From the NCBI GenBank assembly GCA_964036045.1, contig OZ038378.1, positions 23,064,001-23,128,000 on the forward strand: 64,000 bases of DNA, given 5' to 3'. Below, in pieces: positions 36,125 through 47,600 of this stretch. Source of the stretch: Eutreptiella sp. 'Long Island Sound 2002' (lineage: Eukaryota; Protista; Euglenida). The translations under genes and the position numbers were made by a program. Position 1 is the first letter of the stretch. The number at the start of each line of letters is the position of its first letter. The notes beneath the pieces were generated by a model that did not search any database, was not told the DNA's origin, and saw only the letters and a program-made list of their open reading frames with translations.

Positions 36125-38170
36125 GGGGGCATATGGGGGCATATGGGGACCTACTGGCACCTATGGGGACCTATGGGGGCCTATGGATGCCTATGGGGAC
36201 CCATGGGGACCTATGGGGACGTACGGGCACCTATGGGGACCTATGGGGACTATGGGGGCCTATGGGGACCTATGGGGACCTATGGGGCCCTATGGGGACC
36301 TATGGGGACCTATGGGGGCCTAGGGGCATCTATGGGGACCTATGGGGGCGTATGTTGGCCAATGGGGGCTTATGGGGACCGATGGGGACCTATGAGGGCC
36401 TATGGGGGCCTATGGGGACCCATGGGGACCTATGGGGACCTATGGGGACCCATGGGGACCTATGGGGACCCATGGGGACCTATGGGGACCCATGGGGAGC
36501 TATGAGGGCCTATGGGGACCTATGGGGGCCTAGGGGCATCTATGGGGACCTATGGGGGCGTATGCTGGCCAATGGGGGCCTTCGGGGACCTTTGGCAACC
36601 TATGGGGACCTGTGGGGGCCTAAGGGTACCTATGGGGACCTATTGGGACCTATGGGGACTTATGGGGATCTATGGGGGTCCGATGGGGGCATATGGGGAC
36701 CTATTGGCACCTATGGGGACCTATGGGGGCCTATGGATGCCTATGGAGACCCATGGGGGCCTATGGGGACCTATGGGACCTATGGGGACCTATGGGGATC
36801 TTCGGGGAACCATTGGCACCTATGGGGACCTTTGGGGACCTATGGGGACCCATGGGGAGCTATGAGGGCAAATGGGGGCCTATGGGGGCCTATGGGAACC
36901 TTTGGCAACCTATAGGGACCTATGGGGGCCTATGGGGGCCTATGGGGACCTATTGGCACCCATGGGGACCTATGGGGGCATATGGGGACCTATGGGGACC
37001 TACTATGGGGACTACTACTACTACTACTATGGGGACCCCATAGGTCCACGTAGGTTCCCATAGGTTCCCAGAGGTCTCCAAAGGACCCTATAGGTCCCCA
37101 AAGGTCCCTAGAGGGCCCCAAAGGGCCCCATGGGTACCCATAGGGCCCCAGAGGTCCCCATTGGTGCCAGTGTGTCCCCATAGGCCCCCATAGGCCCCCA
37201 TAGGTGCCCATAGGTCCCCATAGGCCCCCATAGGCCCCCATAGATCCCCAAAAGTCCCCATAGGTGCCCATGGTTCCCCAAACATCCCCATAGGTGCCAA
37301 TAGGTCCCCATATGCCCCCATAGGTCCGCATAGGTCCCCATAGGTCCCCATAGGTGCCCTTAGGCCCCCAGAGGTTTCCATAGGCCCCCAAAGGTCCCCA
37401 TAGGTCCCTATAGGTTGCCAAAGGTCCCCATAGGCCCCCATAGTCCCCCATAGGTCCCCAAAGGCCCCCATAGGTCCTCATAGGCCCCCATTGGCCCTCA
37501 TAGCTCCCCATGGGTCCCCATAGGTCCCCAAAGGTCCCCATAGGTCCCCATAGGTTCCTATAGGTTGCCAAAGGTCCCCATAGGCCCCCATAGTCCCCAT
37601 AGGTCCCCAAAGGCCCCCATAGGTCCTCATAGGCCCCCATTGGCCCTCATAGCTCCCCATGGGTCCCCATAGATCCCCAAAGGTCCCCATAGGTGCGAAT
37701 GGTTCCCCAAACATCCCCATAGGTGCCAATAGGTCCCCATATGCCCCCATAGGTCCCCATAGGTCCCCATAGGTGCCAATAGGTCCCCATATGCCCCCAT
37801 CGGCCCCCCATAAGTCCCAATAGGCCCCCATAGGTGCCCTTAGGCCCCCAGAGGTCCCCATAGGTCCCCATAGGTCGCCAAAGGTCCCCATAGGCCCCCA
37901 TAGTCCCTCATACGTCCCCAAAGGCCCCCATCGGTCCCCATAGGCCCCCACTGGCCCTCATAGCTCCCCATGGGTCCCCATAGGTCCCCAAAGGTCCCCA
38001 TATGTCCCCATAGGCCCCCATTGGCCCTCATAGGTCCCCATCGGTCCCCATAAGCCCCCATCGGCCAGCATACGCCCCCATAGGTCCCCATAGATGCCCC
38101 TAGGCCCCCATAGGTCCCCATAGGTCTCCATAGGTCCCCATAGGGCCCCAAAGGTCCCCAGAGGGCCCAG
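36125..38170. repeat. Foldback satellite of a 10-bp unit (CTATGGGGAC)n; orientation inverts at a palindromic pivot centred on 37035
   Basis: ctatggggac repeats run to 37034 and gtccccatag repeats follow. The pivot is CTATGGGGACCCCATAG. Confidence 0.95.
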
Positions 38171-38194
38171 GGGCATCATTGTTGCCCCTGGCGT

Positions 38195-38545
38195 AGGTTT
38201 TGACTTCTGATTTTGTCCCCTTTGTTGGGGATCCCTGAGAGTCCAGGGGTTACATAGCATTTCCACCCTCTTTTGGGCCCCCAAGAAGGTAGGGGTGAGG
38301 CAGCCATTTCTGATTTTGTCCCCTTTTGTTTCGGGATGCCCGAGAATGCAGGGGTTATGTAGCACTTCCGCCCTCTTTTGGGCCCCCGAGAAGGCAGGGG
38401 TGAGGCAACCACTTCTGATTTTGTCCCCCTTTGTTTGGGGCTCCCCGAGAATGCAAGGGTTACGTAGCATTTCCCCCCTCTTTTGGCCCCCCAAGAAGGC
38501 AAGGGTGAGGCAACCACTTCCGATTTTGTCCCCCTTGTCGTTGTT
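38195..38545. repeat. About 3 tandem units of an approx. 105-bp dispersed repeat (GDKIRSGCLTPAFSG in translation)
   Basis: t(c)tgattttgtcccc recurs at 38206, 38309, 38414 and 38519. It abuts the 5' end of the transposase remnant. Confidence 0.9.
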
Positions 38546-38560
38546 TCGATTTTTTTTTGG

Positions 38561-39451
38561 ATGAAACACACTCTACCTGCAGAGAGCGGTGCTTTCATGT
38601 CTCGCACCGAAGGGTGTTCGGAGGTTGCTTGGCGGCAGAGTGTTGCCCATGTTCGCGAATACTTGAACCATGTTGTTCAAGAGATTCGATGGGTTGACAT
38701 GTTGAATCCTTTCAACCATTGTCCCCATTTTCCATTCTTTATGACACCTTTCACAGACTCCATGCCCATCAGTTCCATTGGCGGGATATGGAGTGCTGAC
38801 CTGTGGAATCCTAAGTATGCGCCGCATGTTTACAAGGTGACTGTTGCCGCTATCATGTTGGGCAACATTGTATGGATTTGCCCCTTGGCCCCCGGGACAT
38901 CAGCCGATGTTTTGATTTGGGATGGGTATGGACCTTCTCGTGCCCGAGGTGATTTCTTTGATTTTGAAGTTGGAGGCCATGATGGCGCTTATAAAGGCCG
39001 GATTCATGTCATTGTGCCATTCATCGGAAGAAAGAATGGCACTTTGACAGCCCGCCAACAATCTTACAATGACGTGCACGGGTGGTATAGGGCACACATT
39101 GAGCAACTGTTTGCTGGGTTTTGGCATTGGGGTTTGGTTAGGAACACCTAGTGTGGCGGCCCCAATGAGTTGCACCAGTCAGTCTGTATTTTGTTGCAGC
39201 TTACGCAATTTTGCATTCGCAGGCAAGTCCGTCACCCCCCCTATGGACCATGGGAGCATGTCCCGCCTCATGTTTGGACTGACCAAAGCAACTCGGCCGC
39301 CACGCAAGATGAGGCAGAGGATGAGGCAGAAGTGTGTGTGTTGTGTTGTTAGAAGCACTACTCCACCGTCACAGTTTGTGATGAGTGTAAGGAGCACTAT
39401 TGTACTGAGTGTATTGACACCCACACTTGTGGGACCAATGATGTTTGTTAA
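38561..39451 (+). mobile_element. Decayed DDE_Tnp_4 (Harbinger/IS5-like) transposase with a C-terminal B-box-type zinc finger
   Basis: FTDSMPI..LWNPKY..YKVTVA..LGNIVWICPLAPGTSADVLIW..GHDGAYKG..YNDVHGWYRAHIEQLF. After a stop and frameshift it continues CVLC..CDECKEHYCTECIDTH. Confidence 0.8.
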
Positions 39452-39779
39452 GTACACTACAAATGACAGTTGGAGTGGTTGAATTCACAGCTATTGCTTT
39501 ATTATGCAACGTGCTTTGTAGGGAAGGTGTGCAGTGCAACGTGGTCTACTCGAGGGGCTTCTCCATGAGAGGGTAAATCTGGGGCTGAAGTCGGGATAGT
39601 TGATAGAAGAGTAGCGCGCCGGGCAAACATTCCCCCCCTTGCTTGGTGATGACCCATCCTGCCTTGTGCTCCCCGTCCCATGTCGCAGCATGCCGCAGGA
39701 TTTTTTGGGGAAACAATTTGGACCAAACTATGAATCCCATCCCTGATCCACTGTTTGTCAGAGATGGCCAGTAGTCTAA

Positions 39780-40590
39780 TGGGTTAACAGAGCATCTGTA
39801 ATTGAGAGGTCTCTGGTTGAATTCCCGGGGTGGGCAATGTGTAGCATCCTCGGCAGGGGCAGGGTACACAAACCGACTTGTTGTTTTCGTTTTTTTTTTG
39901 CCATGCTGCTTTGACAGGTCATTGTTCTCTTCACTTTGTCTTCTGATGTCTACTGTTGAACCCACTGAGGAGGGGACAACACAACCCAAGAGGAACAAGG
40001 AGACAACCAAGAGTGCTACAGACTGTTTGCAGTGGGCAATTGGAGAAGGCATCAGGCAGTACCTATGTTGTACAAACACCCAAGGTGAAGGTCAAAATGG
40101 GAAATTGTGTTGTACTTGATGTGCAGTTTGGCTGTCATCAAAGGGTGCCATCTTGAAGGACCATGTTTTGCTGCTGATTTTCCTATCTTGTCATCAATTG
40201 CTGTTTTTTTCCACTGCCCTCAGTCTGCGTGCCATATTGAGAGGGCCTTCAGTTTGTTGGGACACATCCTAACACATGATTGTCTCATTATGAGTAATGA
40301 GACGTTGCGGCATTTGGCAATCACGTCTCTCAATAAAATGGACAACAAGCGGAAACGTGAGGAGAATGGGTAACACCATGTCCATGAAACAACACCATGA
40401 AATGATTCTGTTGTGTTCATCTTTGCAGGGTGTTGGGAGATGCATTCTTTTGTGTTTGGTTCGGGGTTTTGTCGCTTTTGTATTTTTTGGAAAATCTGGG
40501 TACCCCCCACCTTCGGCTTGAAGCATGCCGTTGCGTGCCACAGCACAGCAAATTTTTCTTGGGGACCGTTGGTGCTTGCCCACAACCTGC
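39780..40590 (+). mobile_element. Decayed hAT transposase 3' end with dimerisation domain
   Basis: FFHCPQSACHIERAFSLLGHILTHDCLIMSNETLRHLA at about 40200-40340. A possible right terminus ...cacaacctg lies at about 40590. Confidence 0.65.
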
Positions 40591-40889
40591 AATCTAAACT
40601 CCAAGTGCCTCTCTCAGTGAACATTTGTGCACCACGTAAGTGCTGTGCATCTTTTTAGGCCAAACTGCCTCCGACTAACTGTACGAAGCAACCGCTGTAA
40701 TTCCTCCCCACTTTGGGGACGCCGAGAAGGCGAGGGGTGTGCAGCCACTTTGATTCCTCTCTACTTTGGAGACCTGAGACAGCAAAGGTTGCATACCCAC
40801 TTTTGATTGTGTCATTCAACCCTCAAGCCCATGTTATTCTCCTCCACACTGGGGAACCCAGAAGATATGGGTGATGCAGTCATTTCAGT

Positions 40890-41150
40890 TTTTCCTGAGA
40901 CACATCAGTCAGTCCGTATTTTGTTGCATTTTGGGGCAGGTTTGTCACCCTCTATTATGGATTATGGGAACGCGTTCCCCCTCATGTTTGGAAGGTTGCT
41001 GATACAAGCAACTCAATTGCCTCACAAGACGATGGAGGGGATGAGATTGAGGTTGGTGCATTCTGCTGCCAGAAGCACACACACTTTGTGGTGAATTCCA
41101 TGAACATTACTGTGCTGGGTGTATTGACTCGCACACTTGTAGAGACAGAG
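40890..41150 (+). mobile_element. Small remnants of the same DDE_Tnp_4/B-box transposase family
   Basis: HQSVRILLHF at about 40900 and EIEVGAFCCQKH..HYCAGCIDSHTC at about 41045-41140. Confidence 0.55.
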
Positions 41151-41618
41151 CTGTTTATTAGACACAGTGCATGTAAGTGGAATTCACAGATTTGGTCTTT
41201 GTTGTGTATGTGTAGGACAGGACTTGGGGTTGATTCTGGTCTGCTTCTCTTGGGGGTGGGGTAAAGCAGGGGCTAAAGTCAGGATATTTGGTACGAGGTA
41301 GTGCACTACACGCCTGGCAAACACTCTCTCTCTATGTGGCCCTTTGTGACTATGTGTGATTGTATGTGGCTGTGTGGCTCTGTGGTTCTGTATGGCGGAG
41401 CTGGCTCTTTGTGGCAGTTGTATGGGTGTGTGTGGTTGCATTTCGCTGTGTGTGGCTTGGTGTGATTTTAGCAACAAGCATCTTCTTGCCCTCTGATTCT
41501 GTGCAGGACCTTTCCTCTCCAGTGCATGAATTATTAGCCATCATCTGCCTTCGGTTAGAGTGCGTGCACATGCACAGAGGCCCCTCCTTCAGCGTGCCCC
41601 TACAGTCCTTCTAACTCA

Positions 41619-44600
41619 ATGTGGGGCACCCAATCCCCAGGATATGGGCCCAAGCATCGCCAGGTTGCTCCATTGGAGCATGACCCCAAGGCTGCAACAT
41701 TTTCCCATGCTCCCCAAAAGTTGTTGATGAGCCTCCAACGGTCCCCTTCCATGCCTACCCTCGGCAATAACTCATTGAGCCCTCCAGTGCAATCCCTTGG
41801 CCGTGTCTCACCGACGGTCCTTTCACCACTGAATTGGACTGCCCCAACCGAAAGCCCAAGCCCAACGAGGCCTTTGCAACCAGAACGCTTGCCAGGGGCA
41901 GTGCGCAAAAAGGGTGGGGTTTACACTCTTGTGGATGAGCGATTGGCAAAGTTTGATGTGTGGCCAGCCAGTGCACCTCGAAAGGTTCGTGTGCCTTTGT
42001 GCTGTTGTGCTTGCCTTGCTTAGTGAGCATTCTGGTGCTGTCAGCTGACATCCCGACATGTTTCCTAGTCTGCTGCCTGTCTGTCAGCATGCTTTCGTGT
42101 ATGTAGGCGTGCAGGCATGCAGGCCCCCGCACAGGGTTGGTGCAGGGGCATGGGGGATGCAGGGCGCAGTCATACCTGAAGCTGACACCTGCCAAAATTT
42201 TTCCTGACACCTGCCGACACCTGCCAAAAACTTTCTTGACACCTGCCGCCACCTGCCAGGTTGTGTGGTGTGCATGCAAGCAGTGTGTTGTTGTTCATGT
42301 TACTGTTCTGTGGTCTGAGTGCACAGTATTGTGCCCTGTAGTCGCCGTCCTTGTACAGACTTCAGATCATGTTTGCTATCCTCCACATCATGTGCAGTCC
42401 GTAATCCATCAGTCCAAGATACATTTCTTTTTTACACACAATGGTTCTGTGGTCACACCATACCCTGTGCTGCAAAAAGGCGCCTATGCCCATGTTCTGT
42501 CGTCTGTGTGTGCCGCATGTCTACCACAATCCACATGTTTGACACCTGCCGACACCTGCCAAAAATTTTGCTGACACCTGCCGGCACCTGCCAAAAATTT
42601 TGCCGACACCTGCCGACACCTGCTAACACCTGCCATGGCAGGTGTTAGCTTCAGGTATGGGCGCAGTAGGGCCACATGCAACATGTGCATGGGTGCATGT
42701 TTCCTGTTGTGCAGAGAGGGAGGAAAGGCGCTGCAGAGGTGACACCTGAGCATCGCAGAGCTGTCGAGAGGTGATGCATGTAAGTGAACGCTGTGAGTTG
42801 AGCAAAAGGTTAGGTGCATCAAAAACAAACACGCAGTGGAGTACAATACAATATGCCATGCAATGCAATGCAATGCGATGCCGTCCCATACTGCACTGCG
42901 CTGCACACTGTATAGGCCATATAGGCCCCATACAGCCCCATATGCTTGGGGCACTGCACAATTGCGCTTGTGTGCGATGCCCAAACTCCCAACAGGCCAC
43001 CCTGTCAACACGCATTTCTTGCCCAATGTGTTCCAGTAAGCCCCGCCCCACAACCCCAATCCAAGCACCGGCTTGTCAAGCACTGCCCCGGCCCAAGCAC
43101 CACCCTCACAGGAAGGAGTGTCAGTGGGATTGCAGAGGCCCGGGGCCTTCACTTACCAGAGCTTTGCAGGCATCCCATCAGAATCATGCAAAGACTCATT
43201 CAGCACTCTTGTTCTACTGAAAGAAGATATGCATGCACATTTGAATTGAATGACCAGTGGTTATTCTGCCAGTAGGTTTTTGTGTTACAGCAGGCGGTTT
43301 CAGTTTCGAGTAGGTCCCTGGGCCAACCACATGTTCAAAGGTTATATGGAGAGCTGCACAAACCTCCTTGTACACTGGACACCACAAGGTACAATTATGG
43401 AAGTAACAGGCTGAATCTTGAAAGCTGCGGCATGTTGCTGCCAATGTGGTGCTCTCCAGAGATGTGCCTGCGTGAATGTTTACGTTAGATTTGTGTCTGC
43501 TTGCATGTCTGCAGGTCTGTGTGCATTTTTCCCTCCTGCCCAGGCAGCTGCAGACACTGTGCAATTCCCCTCTACCACATGGTGCCTCAGTGTGGTCGGT
43601 TGCCATTGCCAGTTTCGTTTCTCTGATGCTGTCCCATCAGCAGCGAATGGTCTCTTAATTGGAAGGTTGATCACCTCAAACATGCACTCCTCATGAGCTG
43701 TCACTTTTGACTGGGCTTGCAGCACTTCATAGATCAAGCAATGTTGAGTTTAGTTACATTGCACATGAGAAGTTTCAGCTATGGCCGGGAAAGTATGAGG
43801 CTCTGCTGACCGTTTGTTCCCCTGCTTGCAGTCCTGCGGATGTGCATGTTTGTGGGGCACAGCAGGGTAAGCCATACACCATTACCCTTGCTTGTCTTCT
43901 GATCTCTCACGCAGCCCGTCTGCCTCTGCTGCAGGTTGTGGCGGAGGATCCCAATCGTGCTGGATACACAAAGCCCCAGCTTCTGTGCGACATGGAAGCC
44001 TTCTTGGCAAATAATCTCGACGAGCCGAAGGATGGCCAGGTCTGGTGTGCCATGGAGACGAGCAGATATTGTTACAACCGAGGGGCGGCAGTGGCTGTGC
44101 GTGTTTGGGATGATGGATTCTTACCCCTTGCATGGGCCCTCCTCCCATTGCCACAGCATTTCTGCACTGACAGGATATGACGGCAGAGCAGAGGAAGCGA
44201 AACTTGAACGTGTACCGGCAGCTTGCGCAGCAATTTGGAGGGGCGTTTCCCTCTTGCAAACCGCTTCTGGATGCCATCATTCGAGAGTTCAATGCTTATC
44301 TGGCTTTTCAGGAGCGTCAGATGGCCAACATGGACAAGTGTGTTTGCCAGGGGGAAATTATGGAGTCTGCGTATTCTCGCATCTTTTCCCATCGGTCCGC
44401 TTTTATGACGGAATGTGTGCCCTGCATCCTCCCTGCGTGTGGGCGGCAGGCATAATGATAACACTTGCAAAGCAAAGAAACGGCCAATGGCCCCAAAATA
44501 GAGTATTTCTTACCTCATATTCGCGACCAATGTTTTTGGCAGGGCTGCCGGCAATCAGTTTGCCCTAAATTGCCGTTTCATGCTTCAACTTCGAGTTGGA

Positions 44601-47600
44601 GCCACAGTTTTGTGATTTTAGATTCTCACAGCAATTTGTGGTGTTCAATGCTGGTCCCCGCACCATGTGTGCACAGTGCACGCACGTCTGGGCATGTCGG
44701 GTTTTCACTTCCGGGGGGGGGGGGGGGGTCAATAGAGCCCCCCAAAACTGGGGGGGGGGGGGCGGTTTGGGAAAAGGGCTCAATTGACAGACACCATTCT
44801 CACTAATGAAAAGGTTAGGATCCACGTTTTTCAGGAGTTTCTTTCCCGAAAATTTTGTCCCCTTTGCACCCACCCTTGCTCACGTGCCTCTCTGCCCATG
44901 CACTGGAGCGTGGATGGGAGGCACCCACCCTTGCTCACGTGCCTGTCTGCCCATGCACTGGAGCGTGGATGAGAGGCTGAGTCTGACTAGCTTATGTGGG
45001 TTTAATGGGAGGCCATGGTAGGGTGCTACATACATGTAGCTGGAATTAATCGGGGGCCTTGTGTCCTTAAACACAAGTACCACCACCATTGGAACCACGG
45101 ACGCAGGTCGGTTTTTGGGGCATTTTGTGGGTCCCGTCAATTGAGCCCCTTTGGGGGGGGGTCCGGGTGGAGGGCTCTATCGACCCCCCCCCCCCGAAAC
45201 GAAAACCTGGCCTCCCCTGGAAGGTTGGGATACTGCGGCACCCTGTGTCCATGCTAGTTTTCTGCACTGCAAGGAACCCCTTCCGTTTCACTTGACATCG
45301 TTTACACTTAGCAAATGATCATGCCTCCTTGGCAGGATGAAGCATCCCCTGCAAGTGCACAAACGGCACACTCACCCACTGCCAAACTGATGCGCATTGC
45401 TCCAAACAGTGCAACCTCCAACATTTGAGGCACATCCACATGCAGGGCCCCTAATTACCCGTTGCCGGAAGTGAGCGGGTAATGCCATTGGAAAATTGCT
45501 CCAAGTAGGAAAAATGGGGGAAAATGGAACCTCCTGTGATAATTTGCAGATTTTTTGTGGAAAAATGGGGGCAACGTTGCGCCAGAACCCCCAAAAAACA
45601 CTTTTCCCTGGCCCTGGGGGGCTGTGGGGGGGTGTACTGCGCCACATGTCCGAGGAAAAATGGGGGAAAATGGGGGAAAATGGGGGAAAATGGGGGAAAA
45701 TGGGGGAAAATGGGGATGTAGACAAGAGAAATGTTTCACAATGCCTGCCACTGCACCTCCTTCCAGCATCTTTCTGTCTTTGTGCCCTATGGCCGACCAA
45801 GTGCACCTGTTTAAGGGGGTGCGCTATGTCCCCATCAAGGCCATTAGGGCTGGCTCTCAAAGCAGATGACTTTGAACAACTACAACAAGACCAAGCCCGC
45901 GAACATTGGGATTGTAGTCAACCCTGGGCCGGGGGACTACATGGTCTTGGAAGAGGCCATCAACTGCATCCCTCTGCCAAAGCAAGCGGAGGCACGGCGC
46001 TTCTTCGGTTTGGTCATGGAGGAAGCCACACTATAGGTACACCTACAACTATGATTGGTGCCCTTTTTTGCAGGTTTTTTGGTACTTGGATTGTCAAGGA
46101 AATAATTTTTCCACCTTCCTCCACCAATTAACCCCCATTTCCCCCATTTTCCCCCATTTCCCCCCATTTCCCCCCATTTTTCCTTTCGGAGCGGGAAGTT
46201 GAGCGGGTAACCGAGGTGCCATTGTGAGCGGGTAATCAGGGGCCTTGCACATGGCCTCGACCCAGGCAGATCCGGGCAGAGTAATGGGGTCCATCCACGC
46301 AGGCTTGGTCACCAGGGTCTGTGTGACACCGGTCAGGGTAGTTTTCAGGGCAATGTCCGTAGGGTGCACAGATCTGGCAGTGCCTTAGTGTCGCTACGCC
46401 TCAACTCCATCGGTAAGGGCGAGGCTCAAACCATGCTTTTTACAACCACCCCCCCCCCCCTGTCCCCGTCCAGCTTGCGCCCACGCCACACATCGTGGGT
46501 TCGAACCCAGGTGGACAAGCCGCCGGGGTTCTTCTCTTTTGCAGGAGTAGATGTCCCCCCCCAGCTTGGATCTGTCTGTGCATTTTTTGTCGTCACAGTC
46601 TGAGTATTCGTATGAAAGAACAAGAGCCTTCCACACATACACTTCTGACCTCCACTCCGTGAGTGTTGTAGGACGCAAAGACAGGTTGGCCGATTGAGTG
46701 CCAGCATACTGCAAGCCTGTCCAGCCGCCTGTGGACCTCAACCCCCCGTATAGTGACATGCAGGCTAGAGGTTTTGGCCGACAAAACACGGCCAGAAGAG
46801 GGTAACTAGGCAAACACAAGTGCTACCTGTACATAAGCTGACGTGCTCGTGGACCCATCGTATCAATGGAACTGCCGAACATTGCTGCATATGCATACCA
46901 GGACGTGCATGTGTGGAGCGCTTTGTTGACCTGCTTGCGGCCGTCCCCGTGAGATACCAGACAACAACCCACACCATCGTGCAATGAGACTCAACACATA
47001 GTCAGCGCCCCGTCCCTGGGTTCCGACAGCTTCTTTATCGCTGTGGCGATGCAGGTCACATGCCAGATGCAGATGCGAAATGGTTGCCAACATCTGGTGC
47101 TTGTTCTGCAGACTATGCTGCATGCGACCACTGAACTGACCCGGGAGGCAACCGCAAGTCGCGCATGGCCTCAGGTGCGCCATCGCTGTCCTTTACACAG
47201 TGAGCCAGAGTCGCGGCAGGGCAGCGTTGCCCTCTGTGACTCGGAGTTGGAGATGCAGAAGGACAGCCTTGCAAAAGCCATTGAGATGTACAGCAAAGAG
47301 TTGGCCACACTGAATAAGGGTGTGGCTCTCATGCAAGCGGAGGCCCAGAAGATGGAAGAGAAAGAGGATAAAGCGCGCAAGGCCCTGGTTTCAATCGACG
47401 AGAGGTATGAGTTTCTGGCAGGGATGCACTGGCAAGGGAGGGGGGGCCTGAAGCGGGGTGCCAGGAGCAGTTAGGAAGGTGGTTACCAGGGTTGGCAAAA
47501 CGGTTGAGGCGGTTACTGTCAGTTACAATTGCCGTTGGCAAAAGTGTTGGACGAAGGGAGAGAGCAGTTGGGTCACAACATTGGCCCCTGGCGCCCCCTG

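Noticed and set aside
36025-38151. Long MGTYGDLWGP-repeat ORFs
   Set aside because: They are by-products of a 10-bp satellite that is open in several frames on both arms; there is no evidence of coding.
37958-38607. GDKIRSGCLTP-repeat ORFs
   Set aside because: They are translations of a dispersed approx. 105-bp DNA repeat.
46497-46508. GGTTCGAACCC tRNA T-loop/B-box-like motif
   Set aside because: There is no cloverleaf or A-box upstream.
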